A stretch of 64,000 nt of DNA. It comes from SAR202 cluster bacterium. GTDB lineage: Bacteria; Chloroflexota; Dehalococcoidia; Lucifugimonadales; UBA6927. A program made the translations under genes and the position numbers. Positions 1-9,829 of the stretch are shown one piece after another. The stretch lies in contig JAKUTX010000007.1 in assembly GCA_022447855.1 (NCBI GenBank), forward strand, positions 4,172 to 68,171, given 5' to 3'. Positions within the stretch are counted from its first letter, which is position 1, and each line of letters starts with the position of its first letter. A model generated the notes under the pieces. The model saw nothing but the letters and a program-made list of their open reading frames with translations. It was not told the origin of the DNA and ran no database searches.

Positions 1-1
1 A

Positions 2-295
2 CATGATTTTAAAATAGATCAAAAAGCTAAAGTGACCTATGGTAATGCTATTGATAAAATTGATAATCTAGATAGTAATTATGATGTGTTATTTGCTGAT
101 CCGCCTTATGGCTACAAAGAATGGGACAGATTGTTGGCAAAAATTGAAAAATTCCAGATAATGAAAGTCGGTTCACTTGCAATTTTTGAGACATCAAAAC
201 ATGAAAATCACAATTTTGGTAATTCAAATTTAATTATGAAAACACAAAGGAAATATGGAGACTCGATTATTTCGATGTACATGTCAAATGGTTAA
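2..295 (+). CDS. rsmD: 16S rRNA m2G966 methyltransferase RsmD, C-terminal part (truncated by window start)
   Basis: Frame open from position 2; YDVLFADPPY motif and C-terminal RKYGDS; overlaps coaD, matching the conserved rsmD-coaD order. Confidence 0.85.
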   Translation, partial: HDFKIDQKAKVTYGNAIDKIDNLDSNYDVLFADPPYGYKEWDRLLAKIEKFQIMKVGSLAIFETSKHENHNFGNSNLIMKTQRKYGDSIISMYMSNG

Positions 296-767
296 TGCAA
301 TTTATCCAGGTAGTTTTGATCCGGTTCATAACGGACACATAGATATTGCCAAAAGGGCTTCAATGCTTTTTGATAAGTTAATTGTTGGAGTTTATGATGT
401 GCCGCCGAAAAATTTAATGTTCTCAACTAGTGAAAGAGTCAGCCTGTTTAGGGAATCAATTGATTACTTACCTAATGTAGAAGTTGTATCATTTGAAGGA
501 TTGGCTCCTGAGTTCGCTAAAAGAGTGAATGCGGGATTTATAGTTAGAGGACTGCGAGCAGGTTATGATTTTGAATATGAATTTGAAATGGCACATATGT
601 GGAGAAATCTTACTCCTGATATAGATGTGGTTTGTATGATGAGTGCGTTGGAATACCAATTTGTTTATGCGAGTAGGATAAAAGAAGTAGCAAAATTAGG
701 TGGAAATGTTGATAATTTAATTCCAAATAATGTTTCGAATGCTCTTAAAATTAAATTGAAAAAATAA
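288..767 (+). CDS. coaD: Phosphopantetheine adenylyltransferase
   Basis: AIYPGSFDPVHNGH motif, VRGLR, DFEYE, ASRIKEVA; likely start is ATG 288 (MVNAIYPG). Confidence 0.97.
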   Translation: MVNAIYPGSFDPVHNGHIDIAKRASMLFDKLIVGVYDVPPKNLMFSTSERVSLFRESIDYLPNVEVVSFEGLAPEFAKRVNAGFIVRGLRAGYDFEYEFEMAHMWRNLTPDIDVVCMMSALEYQFVYASRIKEVAKLGGNVDNLIPNNVSNALKIKLKK

Positions 768-797
768 ATTTCCCAAGACGAAGACTAAATTAATTAG

Positions 798-1364
798 ATG
801 GAGGCAACAATGAATAGTGGAGATATTGTAAATGAAATTTTGGATATAGCTCAAAATAGCTCGAAGATGCCTGGGTTTGGTAGTAAAGTCTTGGTTGATG
901 TTGACCGATTAGAGGCTGTAGCTTCAAGACTTTCTCAGTCTATTACTACTGACAATCTTGAAGCTATTGAAGTTTTGAAACAGAAAGATAGTATTTTAAG
1001 TTTGGCTCAATTAGAGGCTGAAAGAATTCGAGAAGCTGCGGACCATGAGTCACGTGAGATGTCAGCGTCAGCTCAACTTGTTCGGGATGAAAAATTTGGT
1101 GATTCCGCCATTATTAAAGATGCTGAAAATAGAGCTGAGGAAGTCCGAGAGAAAGCTGCAGAAGATGCGCAGCTTATTGTACAAGATGCTCAGAGGAAGG
1201 CTTTTAGAATGGTTGAGCAAGCGGAGTCCGATAGCGAAGCAAGAAGATCTGGTGCAGATAGATATGCTCTTGAAGTATTACATAGTCTTGAAGAGAGTAT
1301 GTCTAGTTGGATTTCACAAGTTCGCACGGGGCTTGATTCACTTCAAGATAATTCAGGAAATTAG
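798..1364 (+). CDS. Coiled-coil protein, SepIVA/DivIVA-like ('ATP synthase subunit B-like') family found after coaD
   Basis: N-terminal KMPGFGSKVLVD, long A/E/R-rich helical region, GADRYA motif, position directly after rsmD-coaD. Confidence 0.65.
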   Translation: MEATMNSGDIVNEILDIAQNSSKMPGFGSKVLVDVDRLEAVASRLSQSITTDNLEAIEVLKQKDSILSLAQLEAERIREAADHESREMSASAQLVRDEKFGDSAIIKDAENRAEEVREKAAEDAQLIVQDAQRKAFRMVEQAESDSEARRSGADRYALEVLHSLEESMSSWISQVRTGLDSLQDNSGN

Positions 1365-1422
1365 TATTTCGTATACTTTTATTTAGTAAACGGATTTTGA
1401 CTATTTTTGATTTTTCAATAGG

Positions 1423-2898
1423 TTAGTTTCGGAGTTGTGGGAATAACACTATTTCTCTGATTGATGTGTTGCCTGTTAACACCATAACCATCCTGTCAAT
1501 TCCCAAGCCTAGACCTCCCGTTGGAGGCATTCCATGTTCCATTGCAATTAGAAAATCTTCATCCAGACGATCCATTTCTTCGTCATTGTATTCTTTTTGG
1601 AGTTGTTCTTGCTGCTCAAATCTTTGTCGTTGATCTATTGGATCATTTAGTTCAGAAAATGCATTACACACTTCCATTCCTCCAATAAATCCCTCAAATC
1701 TTTCAACTATCTTGGGGTTGTCTGGTAGTTTTTTTGCTAGGGGTGACATTTCTATTGGGTAATCAACTAGGAAAGTAGGACGCATTAGATTTGGTTCAAG
1801 TACTGTTGAAATTAATTTATCAAGGATTGAACCCCAGCTATTGAGCCGTTCAGTGACCTGAATTCCAAGGTTCAAAACTTCAGTCCTTAGAGTTTCGGCT
1901 GTTGGAAATTCCAAGAAATCTATCCCAGAGGTTCGTATAATTTCATCACGAAGATTTAGTCTAGGCCAGGGTTCTGAAAGGTCAAATTCAGTTTCACGGA
2001 AAATGATTTTTGATGTGCCTTTAACACTTAATGATACATTCTCAAAAATATTCTCTACTAGGTTCATCATGTCGTTGTAATCAGTAAATGCTTCATATGA
2101 TTCCATTGAAGTAAATTCTGGATTATGGTTTAAATCTATCCCTTCGTTTCGAAAAATTTTTCCAATTTCAAAAACTTTTTCCAATCCTCCAACTACCAAA
2201 CGTTTCAGATGGAGTTCGGTTGCGATTCTAAGAAAAAGATTTCTATCTAGTGAGTTATGATATGTGGCAAATGGCCTTGCTGAAGCACCCGCAGCGGTGG
2301 GTACGAGGATTGGTGTTTCTACTTCAATATAGTTTCGCTCATCTATCATGAATCTGCGAATTTTATCAATGATTTTACTACGAGTAATAGCATTAATTTT
2401 CGATTCATCATTAGATATTAAATCCAAATATCTTTGCCTATAGCGACTTTCGACATTCGTTAAGCCATGCCATTTTTCAGGTAGGCTTCGTAGAGACTTG
2501 CATACAACCGTAAATGATTCAGCAAGTACTGTGGCCTCTCCAGTTCTCGTTCGGATTGGAGAGCCCTTAATACCAATCCAGTCACCTATGTCTAAATCAT
2601 TTAGCATCTCATAAAGCTCACCAAGTGTGTTTGAGCGGAACATTGTTTGGATTTTCCCGTCACAGTCCTGAATGTCGATGAAGGAGGCTCGTCCCATTGA
2701 TCTGATTGCTAAGATTCTACCTGCAATTGAGATTACATTTTCTGAAGATGAAATATTTGAATCTTTTTGATCCTGCTCAATTGTTTCCAAAAGAGATTTT
2801 GCATCTTTTGTAGTATGGGTGCGTTCATATTTCGCAGGATAAGGGTCAATGCCTTGATCACGTAGGTTATGAAGTTTTTGAATTCGTTCTTGTACCAA
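1423..2898 (-). CDS. lysS: Lysine--tRNA ligase (class II)
   Basis: LPEKWHGL, RYRQRYLDLI, FRNEG, HNPEFT, GMPPTGGLGLGIDR. Confidence 0.98.
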   Translation of the reverse strand: MVQERIQKLHNLRDQGIDPYPAKYERTHTTKDAKSLLETIEQDQKDSNISSSENVISIAGRILAIRSMGRASFIDIQDCDGKIQTMFRSNTLGELYEMLNDLDIGDWIGIKGSPIRTRTGEATVLAESFTVVCKSLRSLPEKWHGLTNVESRYRQRYLDLISNDESKINAITRSKIIDKIRRFMIDERNYIEVETPILVPTAAGASARPFATYHNSLDRNLFLRIATELHLKRLVVGGLEKVFEIGKIFRNEGIDLNHNPEFTSMESYEAFTDYNDMMNLVENIFENVSLSVKGTSKIIFRETEFDLSEPWPRLNLRDEIIRTSGIDFLEFPTAETLRTEVLNLGIQVTERLNSWGSILDKLISTVLEPNLMRPTFLVDYPIEMSPLAKKLPDNPKIVERFEGFIGGMEVCNAFSELNDPIDQRQRFEQQEQLQKEYNDEEMDRLDEDFLIAMEHGMPPTGGLGLGIDRMVMVLTGNTSIREIVLFPQLRN

Positions 2899-2949
2899 GA
2901 AAATCTTTCACATTTTGCTCAAATGGTTTATTCATTGAGCGTTAATAGT

Positions 2950-3423
2950 TTAATGAATCTTAATTATTTTTAATTTTGACTCACCAGATGGTGTTTTGAT
3001 AGTGATTTTATCGCCTACTTTATGCCCAATTAGAGAACTACCTACAGGGGATTCTATTGAGATTTTATTCTCTAATGGAGCAGATTCAGCACTGCCGACG
3101 ATGGTATATTTTTGTTTCCCCCCGGATTCGTTTTCAACTGTTATTGAAGCACCAAAACCAATAATATGAGAATTCTCCCCTTTAATTTCAGGAGCAACGG
3201 TAGCTTTAGCTAACAGGTCTTCTAAAAATATTATACGCCCTTCAGCAATTCCTTGTTGGTTTTTTATTTCGTCATATTCAGCGTTATCAATATCCCCGCC
3301 ATTTTCAAGAGCTTTACGTATTCCGGCGGCTAGTTCAGGTCTACGGTCGGTTTTGAGAGACTGGAGTTCTCCTTGAAGTTGAATTAGCCCTTCTTTAGTC
3401 AGATATGTATCATTTGGAGCCAT
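2950..3423 (-). CDS. greA: Transcription elongation factor GreA
   Basis: LTKEG, NAEY, YTIVG, KISIESPVGSSLIG; conserved greA-lysS order. Confidence 0.93.
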   Translation of the reverse strand: MAPNDTYLTKEGLIQLQGELQSLKTDRRPELAAGIRKALENGGDIDNAEYDEIKNQQGIAEGRIIFLEDLLAKATVAPEIKGENSHIIGFGASITVENESGGKQKYTIVGSAESAPLENKISIESPVGSSLIGHKVGDKITIKTPSGESKLKIIKIH

Positions 3424-3497
3424 TGCTAAAATCCTAAATTCTCCTATTTAGTGTGGTTTGGATAGCTAAATGAAATCGCATTGGACGATGGAATGTG

Positions 3498-3526
3498 ATT
3501 ATATGCCTGCGGATAGTTTTTGTAAA
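3498..3526 (-). promoter_or_regulatory. Sigma70-type promoter for greA-lysS
   Basis: Minus strand TTTACA (3526-3521), 17-nt spacer, TATAAT (3503-3498). Confidence 0.7.
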
Positions 3527-3561
3527 CACTTCAATAAACTAGGATATTTAGTAATTTGTTC

Positions 3562-6500
3562 TTAAATTCGGACAATTCCTAGTGTAACTTTTAATCCGTC
3601 AAAAATTTGTTCTTCTGAGAAAGCATTTGTTGGTGGGATTTCATTAATTAATTTTTCAGATAATGTTTCCCGAGAAAAATAATTTTTATTGTCTGCAATT
3701 GCTGAAACTATTTCATTATCTCCAAAATAAAAAGTTTCGATATGATCTGTAATTTCGAATCCAGCATTTTTTCGCATTGTTTGGATTCTGTGAACGATCT
3801 CGCGTGCTATACCTTCGTTGATTAGGCTGCTAGTGAGTTTGGTGGCAATTGCGACAACGTAATTATTTTCTTCAGTGGCAGAGAATCCTTCTTTGCCTTT
3901 TCCAATGATTTCAAGTTCACCAGGTAAGATTTCATGGCCAGCCAATTCAATTTTGTCTTCGTTTTGAATTTTTGAATGAATTTCTAGAGGATCAGTACGT
4001 TTTAATTCTTCTAAAAGATTTCTTACTTCCTGTCCTAGTCTAGGACCGAGTAAGGCCATATTTGGTTTTATAGAAATATCCATTACTTCAGTTGGGTTTT
4101 CGATAATGTTGATATTTTTAATGTTTAATTCATCTTTTAATTGTTCGCTTATTTCGGGTAATAATTCTATTTCTATTACTTCCCGAAGTTTTATCTGAAC
4201 TGAATCAAGTGGTTGCCTTACTTTTATATTAGCGTTGTTCCTTGCTGCTCTTCCTAATGAGGATAATTTCATTGCCAGTCTGATTGCTTTAGACAATTTT
4301 TCATCTATTAAATCACTGTTGGAAATAGGGTAATCTTCTAGATGAACACTTTGCTTAGACGTTTTCAGCGATCCTGAAAGGTTTTGGTACATGGATTCAC
4401 TAAGAAATGGCATGAAGGGAGCCAAAAGTTTGGACATGGTTAATAAACATTCATGCAATGTGGAATAAGCTGAAAGTTTGTCTGGGTCTACATTTTTACC
4501 TTCAACTCTTCCCTCTTTCCAGAAGCGCCTTCTGCCTCTTCTTACATACCAATTTGAAAGGATTTCTACAAATGATTCAATTGTTCTTGCGGCAGTGTCA
4601 GGTTCAAATTTTTCTAGGGAAGTTGTAACGCTGTTAATCATGCTATGTAATTCGGATAGAATCCATTGGTCAAGTTGAGAACGATCGCTAATTTTAGGTG
4701 CTAATTGATTAGGGTTGTATTCATCTATATTTGCGTAAGTGGTAAAAAATGAGTAAACATTCCACAATGGGATAATAAATTGACGACGAACTTCATCTGC
4801 ATTGTGATACCCAAAGTTTAAATTTGCGGCCGGGTTATGTTTCATATATAACCAACGCATGCAATCAACACCCATTATGTCTGCAGCATCTTCGAACCAA
4901 ATTGCATTTCCTTTACTCTTATGCATTTCTTCACCTTTTTCATCTCGCATCAATGCATAACTAAATACAGTTTTAAAAGGTTCTGTATTTTCGAGTACAG
5001 TGCTCATAGTTAATAATGAATAAAACCAGTTTCGAAATTGACCAGGAAAGCTTTCTGAAATCCAATCAGCAGGAAACCACTTTCTCCAATAATCTGGGTC
5101 ATCGGTATAATTTAATGTGGAAAAAGGTACAATTCCAGCGTCCAGCCATGCATTTCCTACATCCTGAATTCTTGAGATTGGGTTGCTGCATGCTGTGCAT
5201 TCGATTTTTACATTATCGATCCAAGGTCTATGAGGGCTTTGCTCAGAGAATGAATCCCAGCCGGAGATTGCTTTTTCCTTGAGTTCATCTTTACTTCCAA
5301 TTATTTCAATATGACCACAAGAACATTTATAGATTGGTAGAGCTAAGCCGTAGTACCTCTTTTTAGAGATCATCCAATCATCCATGTTTCGAAGCCAATC
5401 TAATTCACGATCCATGCCAAAAGACGGAACCCAATTGATCTTTTTAGTAACTTTGGCAATCATATGTCTCAGTTCATTCATTGAGATGAACCATTCATCG
5501 ACTATTCGGAATACAAGTTCTGAGTCGCAACGCCAACAAACAGGATATCGATGTAAATAACTATCCAATCTATAGAAGATATTTTTTTCCCTTAAGCTTT
5601 GGTAGATTGGTCTATTTACGTCGTAGACGTTTTGGTTAGTAAAATCACCAAATCCGTCAATAAAATTACCTGATTCGTCTATAGAAGCAATTATTGGCAA
5701 TCCAAGTTTTCGAGCTAATGCTAAGTCATCTTTACCAGCACCTGGTGCGATGTGAACAATTCCTGTTCCCTCAGTTTCGCTTACTTCATCCCATTCGACG
5801 ATTTGATGTTTAATTCCCTTTTGAACGCTTAATTCTTCAAAAGGCGCTCTATAAGCTTTTCCAACTAATGATTTGCCGTACATTTCATCAAGTATGGTGA
5901 ATTTTCCTTCTTTGGCAATTGTAGATTTAATCAGGTCTTTAGCTACAAAAAATATTTGATCATTTTGAGCTACTTTTGAATAGATCTTTTCAGGATTTAC
6001 TGCAGCAGCTACATTTGATGGAAGTGTCCATGGAGTTGTTGTCCATACCAAAAGAAACTCGGAAGTTTCCTCTATAAGGGGAAACTTCACATATAATCCA
6101 GGGTGTTGAATTTCTTTATAACCTTCAGTGACAATTTCATGTTGAGATAATCCGGTACCACACCTGGGGCACCAAGGCATTACATCATTACCTTCGTAAA
6201 TCCATCCACGATTATGACATTCTTTTAGAAATTTCCAAATAGTGTAGTTATTTTCATCTGACATAGTGTGATAAGAATTATCCCAATGCATCCAATACCC
6301 TAATCGAATTGATTGATTTGTAATAATTTCGGAGAATTTTCGAACTCTTTCCTTACAAAGATTTACAAATTTATCTATTCCAAAAGCTTCGATCTCTCTC
6401 TTAGAGCCTAATCCAAGTTCTTTTTCTACTTCTACCTCAATCCATAAACCTTGACCATCAAAGCCGTTTTGAAAACGTTGGTCAAATCCTTGCATTGCTT

Positions 6501-6717
6501 TGAATCGTTGGAACAAATCTTTGTAACTACGTCCCCATGCGTGGTGAGCACCCATTGGGTTGTTAGCTGTTATAGGGCCGTCAATGAATGAAAAGGTTTT
6601 TGAGGCACCTGTATTCCTGTCAAGATACTTTTGCATGATTTGATTTTTGTTCCACCATTCAAAGATTTCTTTTTCCATCTTTAAGAAATCTATCTTTGGA
6701 GATACAGCTTTAAACAT
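3562..6717 (-). CDS. ileS: Isoleucine--tRNA ligase, type 2
   Basis: DGPITAN, WTTTPWTLPSN, GTGIVHIAPG, SNWYVRRGRRRFW, EGIAREIVHRIQ C-terminus with no zinc finger; HIGH motif reads GAHH and KMSKS reads EMHKS. Confidence 0.97.
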   Translation of the reverse strand: MFKAVSPKIDFLKMEKEIFEWWNKNQIMQKYLDRNTGASKTFSFIDGPITANNPMGAHHAWGRSYKDLFQRFKAMQGFDQRFQNGFDGQGLWIEVEVEKELGLGSKREIEAFGIDKFVNLCKERVRKFSEIITNQSIRLGYWMHWDNSYHTMSDENNYTIWKFLKECHNRGWIYEGNDVMPWCPRCGTGLSQHEIVTEGYKEIQHPGLYVKFPLIEETSEFLLVWTTTPWTLPSNVAAAVNPEKIYSKVAQNDQIFFVAKDLIKSTIAKEGKFTILDEMYGKSLVGKAYRAPFEELSVQKGIKHQIVEWDEVSETEGTGIVHIAPGAGKDDLALARKLGLPIIASIDESGNFIDGFGDFTNQNVYDVNRPIYQSLREKNIFYRLDSYLHRYPVCWRCDSELVFRIVDEWFISMNELRHMIAKVTKKINWVPSFGMDRELDWLRNMDDWMISKKRYYGLALPIYKCSCGHIEIIGSKDELKEKAISGWDSFSEQSPHRPWIDNVKIECTACSNPISRIQDVGNAWLDAGIVPFSTLNYTDDPDYWRKWFPADWISESFPGQFRNWFYSLLTMSTVLENTEPFKTVFSYALMRDEKGEEMHKSKGNAIWFEDAADIMGVDCMRWLYMKHNPAANLNFGYHNADEVRRQFIIPLWNVYSFFTTYANIDEYNPNQLAPKISDRSQLDQWILSELHSMINSVTTSLEKFEPDTAARTIESFVEILSNWYVRRGRRRFWKEGRVEGKNVDPDKLSAYSTLHECLLTMSKLLAPFMPFLSESMYQNLSGSLKTSKQSVHLEDYPISNSDLIDEKLSKAIRLAMKLSSLGRAARNNANIKVRQPLDSVQIKLREVIEIELLPEISEQLKDELNIKNINIIENPTEVMDISIKPNMALLGPRLGQEVRNLLEELKRTDPLEIHSKIQNEDKIELAGHEILPGELEIIGKGKEGFSATEENNYVVAIATKLTSSLINEGIAREIVHRIQTMRKNAGFEITDHIETFYFGDNEIVSAIADNKNYFSRETLSEKLINEIPPTNAFSEEQIFDGLKVTLGIVRI

Positions 6718-6808
6718 AGATGAGTTCCTATCTTGGCAACATTTGGAATAGTTTCATTTTTGGGAAATTTTGAACTATTTGTTAATTAATTATATTAGAA
6801 TTAGATAT

Positions 6809-7975
6809 CTAAATTCTAGAGTTTGTATCTAGTGAATTTGTCAATCGTCTAATTACTTCTTCAGATACTTCGGGGAGTTTCGCTGGGATTTCTATATTTT
6901 CATCATTTTGAATGATAGTAGTTCTTTTGATTAGTTTGATTGCATTTAAAAAGTCAGATTTTGAAATATACTCGGCCCCAATATTTCCTTTAGGGTCTCT
7001 TATATTAGATGTTGCGTTATGCCAATTTCCTAATGGAAGGGCAATGCCAGTCACATTATATCCTTCTTGAGCGAATGCTGTCGCTTCACATGCGCCTCCA
7101 CTCATTAGATGCCTTTGAAAAACGAAATTTGGGTCTTCTTTCTGTAAGCTTTTAGCTGAATTGTAAAGTATCAGTTCCGCGGTTGCATCAAAAGTGGTTA
7201 ACGCGTCTCCGGTACGAATAATTGGTCCATCACCCTGTATTACACCAGGTATTATAGGGCTTGCCTCTATAGATATGATTGTTGAATTCATTGGGATTGT
7301 TTTGTTCTTTGCTAATAATCGAGCTCCAATTAAGCCTACTTCTTCTGCACGAGTAAAGATTGTGAAAACATTAGCAGTTTTTTCATTAGTTACCAAATAC
7401 TCCAAAGTGGATAACATTGCGCTACAGCCTGCTAAATCGTCAAGAGCACGTGCAGTGATAATTTCATTAGTGGAGTGAAATTCTTCTACATCAAAAATTA
7501 CCTGAACAGGAGGAGTGAGTTTTGTTGATTCGAGGATTTGAATTTCTAGATTGTTTTTTGAGTAGTTTTTAGAGTTTTGGGATTCTTTTAAAGGCTTTGA
7601 TATGGCTGGAATCCTTTCTCCAGAACTTGTTACAATTGATACAGGAAACGTTCGATTAAAGACTGCAAATGGAACGCCTCCAAGGGGTTTCGCAAGATAT
7701 TTGTCAGTATGTCCATTTAATTGTTCAAGTAGCTCTATGCCTGGATGATCCATATGTGCTATCAGGGCAACTGGAGAAGTATTTTTAATGTTTCCATTTG
7801 TATATCTGCAGATTATATTTCCAAATTGGTCGGTTTTAAATTTTAATTGCAAAGAATCTAGGTAACTTTGGATATAATCTGAAAGCGCTGCCTCGTAATA
7901 TGGGGAGGAGGGAATTTCCATAAGACGCTTTAGAGTCGAAATTTCATTATTAGAATTATTTGCCAGTTTGCTCAT
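6809..7975 (-). CDS. Co-catalytic metallopeptidase, M20/M28/M42 clan
   Basis: AHMDH, ALDDLAG, AEEVG and C-terminal His (GNWHN) metal-ligand motifs. Confidence 0.8.
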   Translation of the reverse strand: MSKLANNSNNEISTLKRLMEIPSSPYYEAALSDYIQSYLDSLQLKFKTDQFGNIICRYTNGNIKNTSPVALIAHMDHPGIELLEQLNGHTDKYLAKPLGGVPFAVFNRTFPVSIVTSSGERIPAISKPLKESQNSKNYSKNNLEIQILESTKLTPPVQVIFDVEEFHSTNEIITARALDDLAGCSAMLSTLEYLVTNEKTANVFTIFTRAEEVGLIGARLLAKNKTIPMNSTIISIEASPIIPGVIQGDGPIIRTGDALTTFDATAELILYNSAKSLQKEDPNFVFQRHLMSGGACEATAFAQEGYNVTGIALPLGNWHNATSNIRDPKGNIGAEYISKSDFLNAIKLIKRTTIIQNDENIEIPAKLPEVSEEVIRRLTNSLDTNSRI

Positions 7976-8107
7976 TAAAATCCTCAGCACAACTTTCACA
8001 TTTATGCGATATTATTACCAAGTATATTATCAAATAATCCTAAATTGACTCTTTGAATATTATTAATTGATTTTCTAACATTCCGCATGTTTAGGAGGAA
8101 TATTTAA

Positions 8108-8806
8108 ATGGACCATCTAAAATTAGAAATTCCCTTTAAATCATTTGTAAGAATGCCTAATGGATTACAGTGGTATAAGGACGAATTATATGTAATGGAT
8201 CAATTCACTGATGATGTTTTTGTGATTAGTGATAAAGGTAATGTTTTGAAAATAATTAATACTCAGACTGAGAATGGTTCTGGGATTACTATTGGAGGAG
8301 GGTTTCTTTGGACAGCTTCAAATGGCCAAACTCGAGCTAGGCCATTTAGGGATCATGATGATCATTCTTCGAAAGTGATTAAAATAGATTTAAATACAGG
8401 TGAATCTTTAGATTGTTTTCCGACTCCTGAAGCGTCTGGGATTCATGGGATTGAATGGGATGAAGGGAATTTGTGGATTACCGCCACCTCATTGAAATCA
8501 CTATTTCTGATTGATGGATCAAATTTTGAGATTCTACATCAGATTCCTTGCAATTTAAAAGTTCTACATGGTCTTGCAAAAGATGGAGAAGGTATTTGGT
8601 GCTCAGATAGGGGTGCTAAGAAAATTGTGAAATTCCATAAAAAATCTGGAGAGGTGATGGATGAGATTATATTACCACCTGATGGCCCGGATCCTCATGG
8701 TTTGAGCATTTCAAAAGGTGTGCTATGGTATTCCGATGCTGATTTTCCGCCTCCTAGTTCAAGGGGATATCCAGAGATAGGATTCATTCAAAAAAGATGT
8801 GAATAA
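8108..8806 (+). CDS. Beta-propeller protein (glutaminyl cyclase/Vgb-like fold), function unknown
   Basis: Five repeats: GLQWYKDELY, GITIGGGFLW, GIEWDEGNLW, GLAKDGEGIW, GLSISKGVLW; AGGAGG RBS. Confidence 0.65.
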   Translation: MDHLKLEIPFKSFVRMPNGLQWYKDELYVMDQFTDDVFVISDKGNVLKIINTQTENGSGITIGGGFLWTASNGQTRARPFRDHDDHSSKVIKIDLNTGESLDCFPTPEASGIHGIEWDEGNLWITATSLKSLFLIDGSNFEILHQIPCNLKVLHGLAKDGEGIWCSDRGAKKIVKFHKKSGEVMDEIILPPDGPDPHGLSISKGVLWYSDADFPPPSSRGYPEIGFIQKRCE

Positions 8807-8876
8807 ATGGATTTTCAAGTACACTGTGATTAAATATTTGACTGATAATGTGCATTTTTAATTCTGGGAACAAAAT

Positions 8877-9797
8877 ATGGTTGGGAAATTAATGGGAAGA
8901 TTTAATTTAATCGTTGGATCTGATGGTATTTTAAGCCAATATATTGCTTTATCTAAGCCAAAAATCATTTTACTATTGCTTTTAACAGCGTTGGGCGGGA
9001 TGTTTCTTGGAGAAAATGGATTTCCAAATATTTTGCTTGTTTTCAACGTTTTATTAGGTGGCACGCTAGCATCAGCAGGAGCGAATGCAATAAATCAATA
9101 TTTAGATCGAGATATAGATGCCCAAATGAAGCGTACTCGTAAACGTCCTATTATTTCAGGGAGAATAAAACCTAGTCATGCTTGGATTTTTGGAGTTTTT
9201 CTTAATTTAGTTGCATTTGTTTGGTTAATGTTTGGTGTGAATATAATAGCAGCATTATTGACTTTATCTGCAACACTATTTTATGTATTTGTCTACACGA
9301 TTTTTTTGAAACGATCAAGCACTCAAAATATTGTTATTGGTGGTGCTGCTGGATCGATACCTCCTGTTGTTGGGTGGGTTGCAGTTACTGGTGAATTAAC
9401 CTGGCCTGCTCTATTTTTGTTTGCTATAGTTTTCTTTTGGACTCCGCCGCATTTTTGGGCGCTTGCTTTGTTGATTAAAGATGATTATGAAAGAGTGAAT
9501 GTTCCAATGTTACCTGTTGTGGAGGGAGTAGACAGCACTAAACGATCAATATTTTTGTATACAGTGGTGATGCTTTTTCTAACTACAGCTTTTTGGATAT
9601 TCTCCTATTTTTTGATGCCCGAATTGCTTGGATGGATTTATTTGACAGGTAGTTTATTACTTAGTTCAGGATTTATTTTTTTCGCTTGGCAATTACTTCG
9701 CAAGGTAGATATTGACGGAGCGAAAACTTTATATTTGTATTCATTGTTATATTTAGCGTTGGTTTATGTATTACTAATGGTTGATAGCATTGTATAG
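8877..9797 (+). CDS. ctaB: Protoheme IX farnesyltransferase (heme O synthase, CtaB/CyoE)
   Basis: NQYLDRDIDAQMKRTRKRP, NIVIGGAAG, FFWTPPHFWALAL. Confidence 0.96.
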   Translation: MVGKLMGRFNLIVGSDGILSQYIALSKPKIILLLLLTALGGMFLGENGFPNILLVFNVLLGGTLASAGANAINQYLDRDIDAQMKRTRKRPIISGRIKPSHAWIFGVFLNLVAFVWLMFGVNIIAALLTLSATLFYVFVYTIFLKRSSTQNIVIGGAAGSIPPVVGWVAVTGELTWPALFLFAIVFFWTPPHFWALALLIKDDYERVNVPMLPVVEGVDSTKRSIFLYTVVMLFLTTAFWIFSYFLMPELLGWIYLTGSLLLSSGFIFFAWQLLRKVDIDGAKTLYLYSLLYLALVYVLLMVDSIV

Positions 9798-9829
9798 AAA
9801 ATTATTTAGTTCGATTAAAAGGTGATTTA

